A DNA stretch of 64,000 bases. It comes from Nitrosopumilus sp. Lineage in GTDB: Archaea > Thermoproteota > Nitrososphaeria > Nitrososphaerales > Nitrosopumilaceae. The stretch lies in contig OZ242186.1 in the NCBI GenBank assembly GCA_965205675.1, positions 1,728,001 through 1,792,000 of the forward strand, read 5' to 3'. Below the pieces are notes generated by a model that was not told the origin of the DNA, did not search any database, and saw only the letters and a program-made list of their open reading frames with translations. The position numbers were made by a program, and so were the translations under genes. Positions 51,819-62,260 of the stretch are shown here, piece after piece (position 1 is the stretch's first letter; each line of letters begins with the position of its first letter).

Positions 51819-53941
51819 AAATAGAGAAATTAAAACTTCCAGCATCTGCAATTGATTTTCTAAAATCTCAAGGTTTTGAAAAATTATATCCCCCACAAGC
51901 TGATAGTGTAAAGTCGGGTTTACTGGATGGAAAAAGTATTCTAGTGTCTGCCCCTACTGCTAGTGGAAAAACTTTGATTGCAATGCTTGCAATGATGAGT
52001 TTTATATCAAAGAATAAAGGCAAGGTGGTTTACCTTAGTCCATTAAGAGCATTAGCTGCTGAAAAATTTACAGAATTTAAAAAATTAGAAAAAGTTGCTT
52101 TAGGAAATAAAGTAAAGGTTGCAATATCTACTGGTGATTTTGAAAATATTGAAAAAAACCTAGAGAAAAACAATGTGTTAATTTTAACAAATGAAAAAAT
52201 GGATTCCATGATTAGACATGGTGCTGAATGGGTTGATGAAATTGGATTGGTAATCTCTGATGAAGTGCATTTGATTGGAGATGAAAGTAGGGGTCCAACA
52301 CTTGAAATGATTTTAACTCAACTCAAACTTTTGGAAACAAAACCTCAGATTGTAGGTCTTAGTGCAACAATTACAAATTCTGATGAGATTGCAGATTGGC
52401 TTGAATGTAAATTGATAAAAAATGACTGGAGACCTGTTCCATTATCTGAAGGTGTATGTGATGAAGGTCAAGTTACAATGAGTGATGGTAAAACTTTTGA
52501 AGTTAAACGTAGTTTGATGGATACACCAATTGATTTAGGCGTACAATCTGTAAACCAAGGAGGTCAATCCCTAGTGTTTGCAGAGACTAGAACTCGCTCA
52601 AAATCCCTTGCAACAAAAGCATCAGATGCAATATTTAAAAAATTAGAAAAAAAAGAAATCGCTGAACTAGAAAAAATATCAAAAAAATTATTATCAGAAA
52701 ATGAACACACTGAACTAGTCAAGACACTAGCATTGTTGGTAAAAAAAGGAGTCGCATTTCATCATGCAGGACTAAATCAAAAATGTCGAGAGACGATAGA
52801 GAAAGAATTTCGTAAGGGTACAATCAAACTATTATCTTCTACCCCAACTTTGGCTGCGGGTGTTAATCTTCCAGCAAGACGAGTTGTAATATCTAATGTT
52901 AATAGGTATAATGCTAAAGTTGGTGCAAACAGACCAATTAGTATTTTAGAATACAAACAGCTTTGTGGAAGAGCAGGAAGACCACAGTACGATGATTATG
53001 GAGAATCAATTATTGTTGGAAATGGCAATACTGAAGATTTAACAGAATACTACATCAACGGCGAACCTGAGGTAATCGAATCCAAAATTACTGATGACAA
53101 GTCTTTGCGAACTCATATTCTAAGTGTTATAGTTACTCATCCTGGAATTAAAAAAGAAGAAATTTTAGAATTCTTTTTACAAACATTAGGTGGATTACAA
53201 TCACGAAAACCCACGATAAAATTTGCAATTGATATATCATTACGTTTTCTTTCAAGTAAATTCTTAATAATTAAAAAAGGTGAAAGATATGCCGCCACAG
53301 AATTTGGCAAGAAAACATCAATGCTGTATATTGATCCATTAACTGCAACATACTTTAGAGATTCAATTGAAAATGTGTCCCAAGAAAGAAAACACACTTT
53401 TGGATTCTTGCATTTAATCACAAATTGTGAAGAATTTTTTCCGAAATTCTCACTGCGACAAAAAGACTATGAAACTGCAAGTTTGATGATAGAGAACAAT
53501 TCATCACAACTTTTGGAATCTATCTCCGAGTATGACTGCTCAAGAAGTCTTTTAGCTCTACAATCTTGGATTACAGAATCTACTGAATTATCTCTCTCTG
53601 ATAGCCTTAAAATTGAATCTGGAGACATGCACAGAATGACTGAGAATGCCAATTGGTTATCATACTGTCTCAGAGAGATATCAAAACATGTAGAGAGGGC
53701 AGACTTGCTTGAAGAATTGAGTGATTTGAGAACTAGAATAGTTTATGGAATCAGAGAAGAACTCTTAGATTTAATTCACGTCAAAGGTATTGGAAGGGTT
53801 AGAGCACGGATTCTCTTCAAACACGGAATCAAGAATCTAGATGATTTGAGGAAGATCCCAGTGTATAAATTAGCAGAAATTGATAAAATTGGCTCAACCA
53901 TTGCAGATAACATAAAGACAGAGTTACGAAGAGTTAGTTAA
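51815..53941 (+). CDS. hel308: Ski2-like DNA helicase Hel308/Hjm
   Basis: PTASGKT, DEVH, LSAT, FHHAGL, TLAAGVNLPA, GRAGRP, C-terminal HhH. Confidence 0.93.
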   Translation: MKIEKLKLPASAIDFLKSQGFEKLYPPQADSVKSGLLDGKSILVSAPTASGKTLIAMLAMMSFISKNKGKVVYLSPLRALAAEKFTEFKKLEKVALGNKVKVAISTGDFENIEKNLEKNNVLILTNEKMDSMIRHGAEWVDEIGLVISDEVHLIGDESRGPTLEMILTQLKLLETKPQIVGLSATITNSDEIADWLECKLIKNDWRPVPLSEGVCDEGQVTMSDGKTFEVKRSLMDTPIDLGVQSVNQGGQSLVFAETRTRSKSLATKASDAIFKKLEKKEIAELEKISKKLLSENEHTELVKTLALLVKKGVAFHHAGLNQKCRETIEKEFRKGTIKLLSSTPTLAAGVNLPARRVVISNVNRYNAKVGANRPISILEYKQLCGRAGRPQYDDYGESIIVGNGNTEDLTEYYINGEPEVIESKITDDKSLRTHILSVIVTHPGIKKEEILEFFLQTLGGLQSRKPTIKFAIDISLRFLSSKFLIIKKGERYAATEFGKKTSMLYIDPLTATYFRDSIENVSQERKHTFGFLHLITNCEEFFPKFSLRQKDYETASLMIENNSSQLLESISEYDCSRSLLALQSWITESTELSLSDSLKIESGDMHRMTENANWLSYCLREISKHVERADLLEELSDLRTRIVYGIREELLDLIHVKGIGRVRARILFKHGIKNLDDLRKIPVYKLAEIDKIGSTIADNIKTELRRVS

Positions 53942-54940
53942 TTGATTGATTTACTGATTCCAGCAATAATTTCTTGCATTGTTGCATTTGTAGTTGTTTT
54001 TGCAATGATTCCTCCACTAATTAAAATTTTAGAAAAAAGAAATCTTGCAGTAAAAGATGTGAATAAAAAAGGGAATGTTATGGTGGTGAGACCTGGAGGC
54101 CCTGCAATTGTTGCAGGAATTATTGCATCTGAAATTGTTCTTTATGCATTTTTACAAATGAATGAGATTCTTGCAATACTAATTACTACTTCTGCAGCAT
54201 TTGTAATTGGATATATTGATGATAGAAAAGTAATGGGTGGATGGTTTAAACCTGTTGCCCTTGCAATAGCTGCAATTCCAATTATTGCATTTGGGGCATA
54301 TGATTCAGATCTTACTTTTCCATTGTTTGGCTCAGTACAAATTCCAATTCTCTATTTCATATTAATTATATTCATGATACCAATTACTGGAAACACCATT
54401 AACTCTATTGATGTTTTAAACGGAATTGCAAGTGGATTTATGATAATTGCTAGTTTCTCATTATCTATCTGTTTATTCATAATACAAAATTATGAGATTG
54501 CAATTGTCAGTTTACCTCTTGGTTTTGTTTCACTAGCATTTTACAAGTATCATAAAATCCCAAGTAAGATTTTTCCTGGCGATTCTGGTGCTTTAACATT
54601 AGGTGCAATGTATGGTGCTATTGCAATTGTAGGTAATGTAGAAATTATTGCAGCAATAGCTCTTTTACCTGCAGTAATTAACTCTTTTTTGTTCCTATCA
54701 AGCGTAAAACGAGTCGTAGAACACAGACAAATCAAGAGAAAGCCCGTAGAGCATACTGCTGATTTTAAATTAAAGGCAACTAGTGATAAAAAAGCTCCAG
54801 TTACTTTGATGAGATTAATTCTTGCTGCAGGTCCAATGTCAGAAAAACAAATAGGATTTGCAATTTTCAAGTTAGCAATATTTTCAGGAGTTTTAGCAAT
54901 AATTACTGCATTTATGATGGAGACTCGCTTTGAAATCTAA
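53942..54940 (+). CDS. UDP-GlcNAc:dolichol-phosphate GlcNAc-1-P transferase (GT4/MraY family, AglH-like)
   Basis: GYIDD, NTINSIDVLNG, IFPGDSG. Confidence 0.87.
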   Translation: MIDLLIPAIISCIVAFVVVFAMIPPLIKILEKRNLAVKDVNKKGNVMVVRPGGPAIVAGIIASEIVLYAFLQMNEILAILITTSAAFVIGYIDDRKVMGGWFKPVALAIAAIPIIAFGAYDSDLTFPLFGSVQIPILYFILIIFMIPITGNTINSIDVLNGIASGFMIIASFSLSICLFIIQNYEIAIVSLPLGFVSLAFYKYHKIPSKIFPGDSGALTLGAMYGAIAIVGNVEIIAAIALLPAVINSFLFLSSVKRVVEHRQIKRKPVEHTADFKLKATSDKKAPVTLMRLILAAGPMSEKQIGFAIFKLAIFSGVLAIITAFMMETRFEI

Positions 54941-55160
54941 TCTTTTTGGATTTTTGTTTGCAATGTGGATTATGATAATTGTTGGAGGTGGAATCATAGT
55001 TATTTTTCTGGGTCCGATTTCTATTTCAGGGTTTGGTGAATTTGATCGGTTTATCGCATCAGTAATTAAAGCAATCATTGCATTAGTTTTAGTTGTAATT
55101 TGGATTTTAATTCTATCAAAATTAAAGAATTGGATTTTTAGAAAAGAAGTTAATTTCTAA
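54930..55160 (+). CDS. Small two-TM membrane protein
   Basis: Two hydrophobic helices; overlaps the upstream stop codon. Confidence 0.7.
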   Translation: MKSNLFGFLFAMWIMIIVGGGIIVIFLGPISISGFGEFDRFIASVIKAIIALVLVVIWILILSKLKNWIFRKEVNF

Positions 55161-55161
55161 G

Positions 55162-55728
55162 TTAAACTTTTCCTATTATTTTACCTACTATTGCCTTGTC
55201 TGCTCTAACGTGGGAATTGGGTGGGATGTTCTTTGTGATCAAACAACCCATATCAATTAAAGAATTCTCTCCAATTTTTACTCCTGGAATTAATCCCACA
55301 TTCTCTCCAATCCTTACACCATTTTCAACAGACGGTGGATATCGAGTGTCATCTGTAGTGTTTGGATAACCAAATTTACCTGCACTTATCTTTGGAGTAT
55401 TTGCAGTATAAAAAAATGGTGCAATAAACACATTGTTTCCTATTTCCATTCCCCATGTAACATGACATTGAGAATGAATTGTTGTCCATGAACCAATCTT
55501 AACATTTCCTTCAGTTGTAGATAATGTTCCAAATATTGTATGATCTCCTATTTTTGTATTTGATTTTAAAACTGCTGATGTACCAATTACACAATCTTCT
55601 CCAATTTCACAATTATCATAAACTATTACACCCGGTTCTAGTTTTGTATTTTTTCCAATTCTTATTTTTGTACTATCATCAAAATATCCTTCATTAAATT
55701 TGCTAGTTTTTTTTAAAATATGTAACAT
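55162..55728 (-). CDS. Hexapeptide-repeat acyltransferase (WbpD-like)
   Basis: IGKNTK, IGEDCV, IGDHTI, IGNNVFIAP repeats. Confidence 0.85.
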   Translation of the reverse strand: MLHILKKTSKFNEGYFDDSTKIRIGKNTKLEPGVIVYDNCEIGEDCVIGTSAVLKSNTKIGDHTIFGTLSTTEGNVKIGSWTTIHSQCHVTWGMEIGNNVFIAPFFYTANTPKISAGKFGYPNTTDDTRYPPSVENGVRIGENVGLIPGVKIGENSLIDMGCLITKNIPPNSHVRADKAIVGKIIGKV

Positions 55729-55813
55729 GTTATAACGATATATTTTTGAAATTTCATTAATACTTTGTTGATAAATAATTAGTCAGTTTTTAATCAAATC
55801 TTACAATGGTTAA

Positions 55814-56083
55814 TCAAATATGCCATGGGTTCGCTTTTGTAATAATTTTTTCAGGTAATTGATTTTTATAGTTTTTTAGAAATTCCATTTCTTGTTTCTT
55901 GTTTCGTAGTTCGTCAGGTAACATGATTGGAATTTCTTCGATAATTGGATAGAATCTAGAGCATTTTGGGCAAAAAATTGCACCTTCTGAGACAATATTG
56001 TTCTTTTCCTGTATCTCAAATAATTCTAAAGGGTAATTTTTGTCAATTGGGCATGCCAAAATATCCATCATTGTTTTATTCAT
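55814..56083 (-). CDS. trm112: Trm112 family methyltransferase activator
   Basis: DILACPIDK...CPKCSRFYPIIEEIPIML. Confidence 0.9.
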   Translation of the reverse strand: MNKTMMDILACPIDKNYPLELFEIQEKNNIVSEGAIFCPKCSRFYPIIEEIPIMLPDELRNKKQEMEFLKNYKNQLPEKIITKANPWHI

Positions 56084-57015
56084 TTTAGATCTAGATAGAT
56101 AGGAATTCCTTTTTGACTAGATAAAAGTGCAGCTTCGGCGATTTTTGTCACATTTACTGCTTCTTGAGATTTTACAACTTGTTGATTTTTACCTTCAATT
56201 GCTCCAAGAAAGCTTTGAATCTCTAATAGTAATGGCTCTTGTTTTTTATCTTGAATTTTTTCTGGTACTTCATCTTTTTCTACAATAATTTCCTGACTGA
56301 TAAAATCAGATGAAATGACTGCATCTGTACATATTGCATTGAATTTTCTCACTTTTTTTGGTGTTATCCAATTTGATAAAATAATTGCAACTTTGTCATC
56401 CTTGTATCCTAATATTATACTTGCAAAATCTTCATGTTCGTGTCTTATTTTCCCTGCTCTGGCAAATACTACATGTGGCATTTCATCAAATAACCAATTA
56501 GCAGTATCAATATCATGTACTGATGTATCATAAATAATCCCTACATCTTTGATGTGGATCGGCATTCTATTTTCCCTGTGAAATTCCAAAGTAACTAATT
56601 TACCATATTTTCTCTCTTTAACCATTTTCTTTACTATGCCAACTGCAGGGTTGAATCTTTCAATATATCCACATGTTAAAATCACTTTATTTTTTTCCGC
56701 TAACTTTGCTAGAGTTTCTCCATCTTCTGATTGGTATGTCATTGGTTTTTCTACAAACACATGTTTTTTTGCCTTTAGTAATTTTTTTGCAATTTCAGTA
56801 TGAGTTGATGTAGGAGTTATTACAAATGCTCCATCAAATTCTTCTATAGATAATAATTCATCTAATGACTCATAGTGATTAACAGAATATTTTTTTCCAT
56901 ATTCCTTGCATTTTTTAAAATCAGAGTCGCATACAGCTACTAAAACTCCTAGTTGTGATAAAATCCTTGCATGGTTCTTACCCCATCCACCAATTCCGAT
57001 TTGAACAATTTTCAT
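56080..57015 (-). CDS. Gfo/Idh/MocA oxidoreductase
   Basis: GIGGWG, VFVEKP, ERFNP, DTSVHDID. Confidence 0.9.
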   Translation of the reverse strand: MKIVQIGIGGWGKNHARILSQLGVLVAVCDSDFKKCKEYGKKYSVNHYESLDELLSIEEFDGAFVITPTSTHTEIAKKLLKAKKHVFVEKPMTYQSEDGETLAKLAEKNKVILTCGYIERFNPAVGIVKKMVKERKYGKLVTLEFHRENRMPIHIKDVGIIYDTSVHDIDTANWLFDEMPHVVFARAGKIRHEHEDFASIILGYKDDKVAIILSNWITPKKVRKFNAICTDAVISSDFISQEIIVEKDEVPEKIQDKKQEPLLLEIQSFLGAIEGKNQQVVKSQEAVNVTKIAEAALLSSQKGIPIYLDLK

Positions 57016-57933
57016 CTAATAAACCTCAGTTAACCAATGAGAGTAATCATCATTTTTGTTCATTACTATTTCTGTATATTCTTGCATCATCTTTTTAGTA
57101 ATGTCTCCTGGTTTTCCGTTTCCTATTTGTTTTGAATCCATCTTTATGATTGGAGTAATTTCAGCTGCTGTACCTGTAAGGAAAATTTCATCAGATATGA
57201 TTAGCTCACTCCTAGTTATTCCTCGTTCAACTACATCTACATCCAAATCTTTTGCAATCTTGATTATGGCATCACGAGTAATTCCTTCTAGTGCCGATGA
57301 TAGAAACGATGGTGTTACTATTTGACCATTTCTTACAATGAAAATATTCTCCCCTGAGGCTTCACTTACATTTCCGTTATGATCAAGTAAAATTGCCTCA
57401 TCAACCCCATTTCGTTTTGCTTCTTGTGTAGCTATGATAGAGTTTAGATAATTTCCACCCATTTTTGCTTGTGGTGGTGTAGACATGTCTGAGAACTTTC
57501 TCCATGATACAACTCCTGCGGTAATTCCATTTTTGTTAAATAAATCTCCAAATGGAAATGTAAAGATTGCAACACTAGTTGGTGCTTTTTCTGTTACATG
57601 TAGATTAATTCCATAATCGCCAACAAAATAAAATGGTCTAATGTAGCATGATTTCTTTATTTTATTTTTTTTACAAATCCCAACGATTGCCTCAGCAATT
57701 TGTTCATCTGAAAAATTCAATGAAATATTATAAAATTGTCCTGATCTTCTAAATCGTTTTATATGTTCATCTAGTCTAAATACATGAAGATTTTCCCCAT
57801 TCCAGTACGCTCTAATCCCCTCAAAGATTGATGTACCATAATGAATTGCATGTGTTGTGATTGGTACTTGTGCCTTTTCTGTAAAAACATATTTTCCATT
57901 AAACCAAACATATTTTGATAATGGAGGCTTCAT
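57016..57933 (-). CDS. ilvE: Branched-chain amino acid aminotransferase
   Basis: HYGTSIFEGIRAY, YIRP, AKMGGNY, SEASGENIF, LEGITR, TGTAAEITP. Confidence 0.95.
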   Translation of the reverse strand: MKPPLSKYVWFNGKYVFTEKAQVPITTHAIHYGTSIFEGIRAYWNGENLHVFRLDEHIKRFRRSGQFYNISLNFSDEQIAEAIVGICKKNKIKKSCYIRPFYFVGDYGINLHVTEKAPTSVAIFTFPFGDLFNKNGITAGVVSWRKFSDMSTPPQAKMGGNYLNSIIATQEAKRNGVDEAILLDHNGNVSEASGENIFIVRNGQIVTPSFLSSALEGITRDAIIKIAKDLDVDVVERGITRSELIISDEIFLTGTAAEITPIIKMDSKQIGNGKPGDITKKMMQEYTEIVMNKNDDYSHWLTEVY

Positions 57934-57967
57934 AGAAAACTTTTATCCAATGTGTATTAATCTTTAT

Positions 57968-58570
57968 TTATTTTGAATATCCTTCTTTTGGAAATTTCAT
58001 TCCTACAACTCTTGTAGTTTGATCTTCTTCATTTGCAAATTCCTTAATCGTTTCCCATTCATCTTCTATAATTTTGATTATATTTTCTGGTACATCTTCT
58101 TTCCATGAAGATTTTTTCCCATGAACTGAATCATACAATTTCTCTTTGACTGATGTTGCAGAAAGTGATTTTCTCTCACCTATTTTTGGTTTTAATCTGT
58201 ACATCTTTAGCATGTACCCTTCAGCTTTATCTCCTGTATATGAAAAATAATCTCCCTTTACTCCGTCAAGAATTTGTTTTCTCAATCTCCATGACTTTCT
58301 TCTAATTAGTGGTGGCAAGTATTTTTTAAATGGAGCATGAAATGCATAATCATCTGTAATTTGAATCGAATCACCAAAAATTGATTCTAACATTTTCTTT
58401 CTTACTTTAAAATTAAATGGAAAACTTTTACTGTTGATCTCTCTATCTTCATCTTTGAAGACTACAGGCATCACTTTAACAATATCTGCTTGTTTTTTTA
58501 ATTCTGTAATGATCTCTATATGAGCATTCGTTACAGGATTTAGGTGTGCAAGATAAAGCGCTGTAATCAA
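57968..58570 (-). CDS. HxGH-type nucleotidyltransferase (NMNAT-like)
   Basis: HLNPVTNAH, FPF...R, LSATSVK...WKEDVP. Confidence 0.75.
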   Translation of the reverse strand: MITALYLAHLNPVTNAHIEIITELKKQADIVKVMPVVFKDEDREINSKSFPFNFKVRKKMLESIFGDSIQITDDYAFHAPFKKYLPPLIRRKSWRLRKQILDGVKGDYFSYTGDKAEGYMLKMYRLKPKIGERKSLSATSVKEKLYDSVHGKKSSWKEDVPENIIKIIEDEWETIKEFANEEDQTTRVVGMKFPKEGYSK

Positions 58571-58619
58571 TTACATCACGTTAATAATTCTCATATTTCA
58601 ATGATTGATTTTTTTAATT

Positions 58620-59465
58620 CTATCCATATGATTCGTATTTGACTTCGTAACTTCCATCTTCACGTTTATCATGTTCAGTGATGAAACCTTTAGGATTTAA
58701 AAAATCCATTACACCATCTATGGTTCCTTGCCAGCCACAAACATAGAATATTGTATTTTTTTTAGTTATCTTATCCCCAATTAATTCCTCTAGTGGCGAA
58801 AGTCCGTTATCTCTTGGTCTTAGAAATGTCTCAACTCTTCCAACTTGACCTGCCCATGATCTGTTAAACCATTCTTGTGGTCTACTGATTGCAGCTCGAT
58901 ATTTAAAATTCCATTCCTCCTTGCCTTTTGCCACGCTTTCATCTTCAAGACCTGTTAGCAAATCCTTGTAACTTAACTCATCAACATAACTTGCTCCATG
59001 CAAAACTACAATTTCACGTTTATCTTCAGTATCATGAAGGTGTTGTGCAAAGCTCACAAATGGTGCAAGTCCTGTACCTCCACCAATGCAAACAATTCGT
59101 CGGTTATCTTTCTCACCATTAGGTAATTCGTCATTAATTAGCAAAGCCCGACCTGTAGGTTTTAGCCAAAGAATTTCATCCCCTTCTTTTATATTAAATA
59201 ACTGAGTGGTTAATCTACCTGGAAGTGGTTTTCTAACCCATCTGATAACTAGTTCAATGTAATCTCTATTTTCTGGGTGAGATGCAATTGAATATGCACG
59301 TCTAACAATTTTTCCATTTTCTACTGGATTTGGTAACCCTAATGTAATGAATTGTCCTGCTTTGTATTCTGGAACTGGTCCATCTTTTGGAACTAGTCTA
59401 ATAATTACAAGATCTTCTTTTAGTAATTGAACATAAGTGACCGTTGCTTTGTTATCTACGACCAT
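58620..59465 (-). CDS. fpr: Ferredoxin--NADP+ reductase
   Basis: RRAYSIAS, GRLT, GGTGLAP, YVCG, terminal ESYG. Confidence 0.88.
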   Translation of the reverse strand: MVVDNKATVTYVQLLKEDLVIIRLVPKDGPVPEYKAGQFITLGLPNPVENGKIVRRAYSIASHPENRDYIELVIRWVRKPLPGRLTTQLFNIKEGDEILWLKPTGRALLINDELPNGEKDNRRIVCIGGGTGLAPFVSFAQHLHDTEDKREIVVLHGASYVDELSYKDLLTGLEDESVAKGKEEWNFKYRAAISRPQEWFNRSWAGQVGRVETFLRPRDNGLSPLEELIGDKITKKNTIFYVCGWQGTIDGVMDFLNPKGFITEHDKREDGSYEVKYESYG

Positions 59466-59590
59466 AACGATTCAATCAACATTTGCAAGGTTAAATATAT
59501 TGTGTTAATATCATAACCTGATTTTTCTATTGACCGCTAAACGTTAATAACCAATTTGGAAAACATATTTCGATCAGAATTCTGATTATT

Positions 59591-59664
59591 GGGCCGGTCG
59601 TCTAGTCCGGTAGGATAGGTGCATGGCATGCATCGGATCGAGGGTTCAAATCCCTTCCGGTCCA
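59591..59664 (+). tRNA. tRNA-Ala(GGC)
   Basis: GGGCCGG/CCGGTCC acceptor with G3:U70; GGTGC-AT-GGC-AT-GCATC arm. Confidence 0.93.
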
Positions 59665-59687
59665 CTTATTTTTTTTATAAATATTAA

Positions 59688-59923
59688 CAGTAGATATGAA
59701 AGTGCTACCCAACATATTCTAGAAAACAATCTTGTTTTTCATTTCTGATCATTTGTATGACAAAGAATCTAAAAAAACATTTGAGTATCTCAATTGATAT
59801 GATTTGTTTGCCATCCATAACTGTTTGATTCGTCTTGTATGATACAGTTTGTAACAATCCATGTGTTGTAAAATATCAGTGGAAAATAAAACATCAGTAA
59901 TCTTACAGAATGATTCGGACTTG
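59688..59923 (-). mobile_element. ISH3 3' remnant truncated by MITE-A
   Basis: TIR CAGTAGATATGAAAGT; minus strand TSPNHSVRLLMFYFPLIFYNTW homologous to the ISH3 transposase C-terminus. Confidence 0.8.
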
Positions 59924-60059
59924 TATAGCGACGATCAAAAGTTCGTGAACTAAATAATTTCAAAAAACTAGAAATCAGTTGATCTTGCCTATAGGTAAAT
60001 ACGAATAAACAAATTGAAACACCTAAAAAATAACTCACGAACTTATGCTTCTCGCTATA
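59924..60059. mobile_element. MITE-A copy 4
   Basis: TA|TAGCGA...TTCTCGCTA|TA; near-identical to copy 2. Confidence 0.92.
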
Positions 60060-60312
60060 GATCCCAAATACGCTGCAATTGACAGTATTTCAATGCAATA
60101 GATACAGCAAAGCATAGTAATAAAAGAATTGAAAAAATTATAAAAATATATTTTCAAGAAAAAATAATAAATAGTGTTAATTGGTTAGATTGGAAATATA
60201 TAGAATACCATTCGTTCTAATTTTGGATGATTAAAACGGTTTGACATCCAAAATGGATTGCTGATGCCAATTAACAATACAGTTCTTTAAGGATATTCTC
60301 AGGAAAATATTC

Positions 60313-60573
60313 ATGGGTAAAACCATATTCATAAAAGAAATCATCACCATACTCAAAGAACCCAAATTATGTCCCACATGCCAAAAAGAAGACAGACTTG
60401 AAAAAGATGTTATCCGAGAAGAAAGATCCAATGGAAAGACAATACTATGTTTCAGATGTGAAGCATTGATAGTAATTACAAATCATAACCTCAAACAAGT
60501 TGATCTATCTCCAATTAAGGATGACACAATCATGCTAAAAGAACCGCATTTGATCAGAAAAGTAGGTTATTGA
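60313..60573 (+). CDS. Small Zn-ribbon hypothetical protein
   Basis: CPTC...CFRC. Confidence 0.72.
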   Translation: MGKTIFIKEIITILKEPKLCPTCQKEDRLEKDVIREERSNGKTILCFRCEALIVITNHNLKQVDLSPIKDDTIMLKEPHLIRKVGY

Positions 60574-60818
60574 TTATCAGGTTTATCAAGTAATTCTTTA
60601 ATCACATAACCTCTAACATTTGCAAATTCCCATTCTCTTAGATTTGCATCCCTACATTCTTCTTTGATTATTAGCCCTGCCAAGCCATTACTCCAGATAT
60701 GACGTTTGATATCATATACTTCAATAATTTTTCCATGTTTAGTGATTTTGATTGCGCCATGACATCTACGAAGTATTTGTAATGCAACTCTCCGATAGAT
60801 TTTTTCAAAATTGGCCAT
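60567..60818 (-). CDS. Conserved hypothetical protein
   Basis: 83-aa ORF, ATG start, convergent with the previous gene. Confidence 0.68.
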   Translation of the reverse strand: MANFEKIYRRVALQILRRCHGAIKITKHGKIIEVYDIKRHIWSNGLAGLIIKEECRDANLREWEFANVRGYVIKELLDKPDNQ

Positions 60819-61046
60819 ATGAGAATTATATCATATCATATCAAAAAGGTTCTGATTTCATATACGAAATAACAATATAGCCTAGAAAATAAAAGAAAAA
60901 CGCTAATGATTAACCAACAAACTAAGCTATGACTGATAGATGATGAGTTTGCCGAATTATGAAGCTGGAAATCATAAATTAAAATAGAAATTTAATCTAG
61001 ATTATAAGAAAAGAATTTTCTGGAAATTTTCCAGAATTTGCAATAA

Positions 61047-61919
61047 TCAACTCATCTCAAAACCCTACAATACATCAAAAATGATGCAATGTTAACTAAC
61101 CCAAGATAATTTTCTGCTACTCTTTCATATCTGATTGTCGTTCTTCTAAATCCATTTTTGAGCCAAGCAAAGAATCATTCCACGACATAACGAACCTTGT
61201 TATATTTTTTGTATGATTTATTTTTTGTTGCTCCATCATTATTTTTTCTAAATGGAATACATGGATTGATGTTTCAGTCTCTCAAATAATTTCTAATTGA
61301 TTTTGCATCATAACCTTTGTCTGCATAAACTGAAATAATTTCCCTCACCATCTACAAAATCAGAGATGTTTTCTATTACATCAGCTAATTTTGTGGAATC
61401 ATGGATATTTGCAGAACCCATTGTAATAGATATCGGTAAACCGTTTTGTTCTACTGCAACATGAATTTTTGTGCCTGTAATCTTTTTGAAACCATCTCTT
61501 CTTATATCGTTACCCATTTTTTTGCAGCAGCACTTGAGGAATCAACTGGTACTTTTTTCAGACTAATCTTGTTTGCTTTGTGTGCAGATACAATTACATA
61601 TTTGAGAATCTTTTTCCATATTCCCTTTTGCTGGAAATCCTGAAATCTCCTATGTGCAGATGATTTGGAACCATATTTGACATGTATGTTAATCCACCTG
61701 CAACCTGTAATTAACACAAACATTATTGGATTGATTGTGGTCCTGTCATCGGCTCTAGGTCTGGCTAGTTTTAGCTGGTTTTGACAAATGTAATTGCAAC
61801 ATATTTCATTGCTTGTTAGTTAGTTCTGTAAATTGCATAGAATTGTTCTAAATGACATTGTTCGTAGATCTAAATGATCATCAAAATTTGTCTAAATGGT
61901 TGGTTTTGGGATCAGTTGA
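61047..61919 (-). mobile_element. IS5-family element (IS427/IS1031-like), degraded
   Basis: TIRs TCAACT(C/G)ATC(T/C)CAAAACC; VLITGCRW...SAHRRF, GTKIHVAVEQNGLP, YADKGYD, RYVVE motifs. Confidence 0.85.
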
Positions 61920-62100
61920 GAGTAATCTGGAACATCTGACATGTGTATCGCATCTGATTTTACCTTACTTGAGTTTGTCTGAATGGTAATCCAAAATACA
62001 TTCGGGCATAACTTGTTGTCAGCTTTGGATCTTGTTGTGTGTAAATGTTGAAAATATGATCAAATTTTAGTTAATTACGCAACAACAGGTCTATTATAGT
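61920..62100 (-). mobile_element. Fragment of a second IS5-family (IS903-like) transposase
   Basis: YARMYFGLPFRQTQ and VPDYS motifs in broken frames. Confidence 0.5.
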
Positions 62101-62260
62101 AAATTCTCATGTGTGATTCTTTAAGAGAGATTTTGCAAGATGCCACCAACAAACCCATCTCTATCTGTAAATAGATCTTCATAAAATAAAATAAGATTGG
62201 GACTATTTTGTCATTGTTTATTTCTATTGATTTTTAAAAAGCCTTATTTCCATACTGTTC

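Noticed and set aside
59591-59664. Unusual A32/U38 in tRNA-Ala(GGC)
   Set aside because: Known feature of Ala(GGC) tRNAs
59790-60038. 82-aa ORF as a new gene
   Set aside because: Chimeric read-through from MITE-A into an ISH3 transposase fragment
61018-61036. Palindrome TTCTGGAAATTTTCCAGAA
   Set aside because: Single AT-rich instance in decayed DNA with no associated promoter
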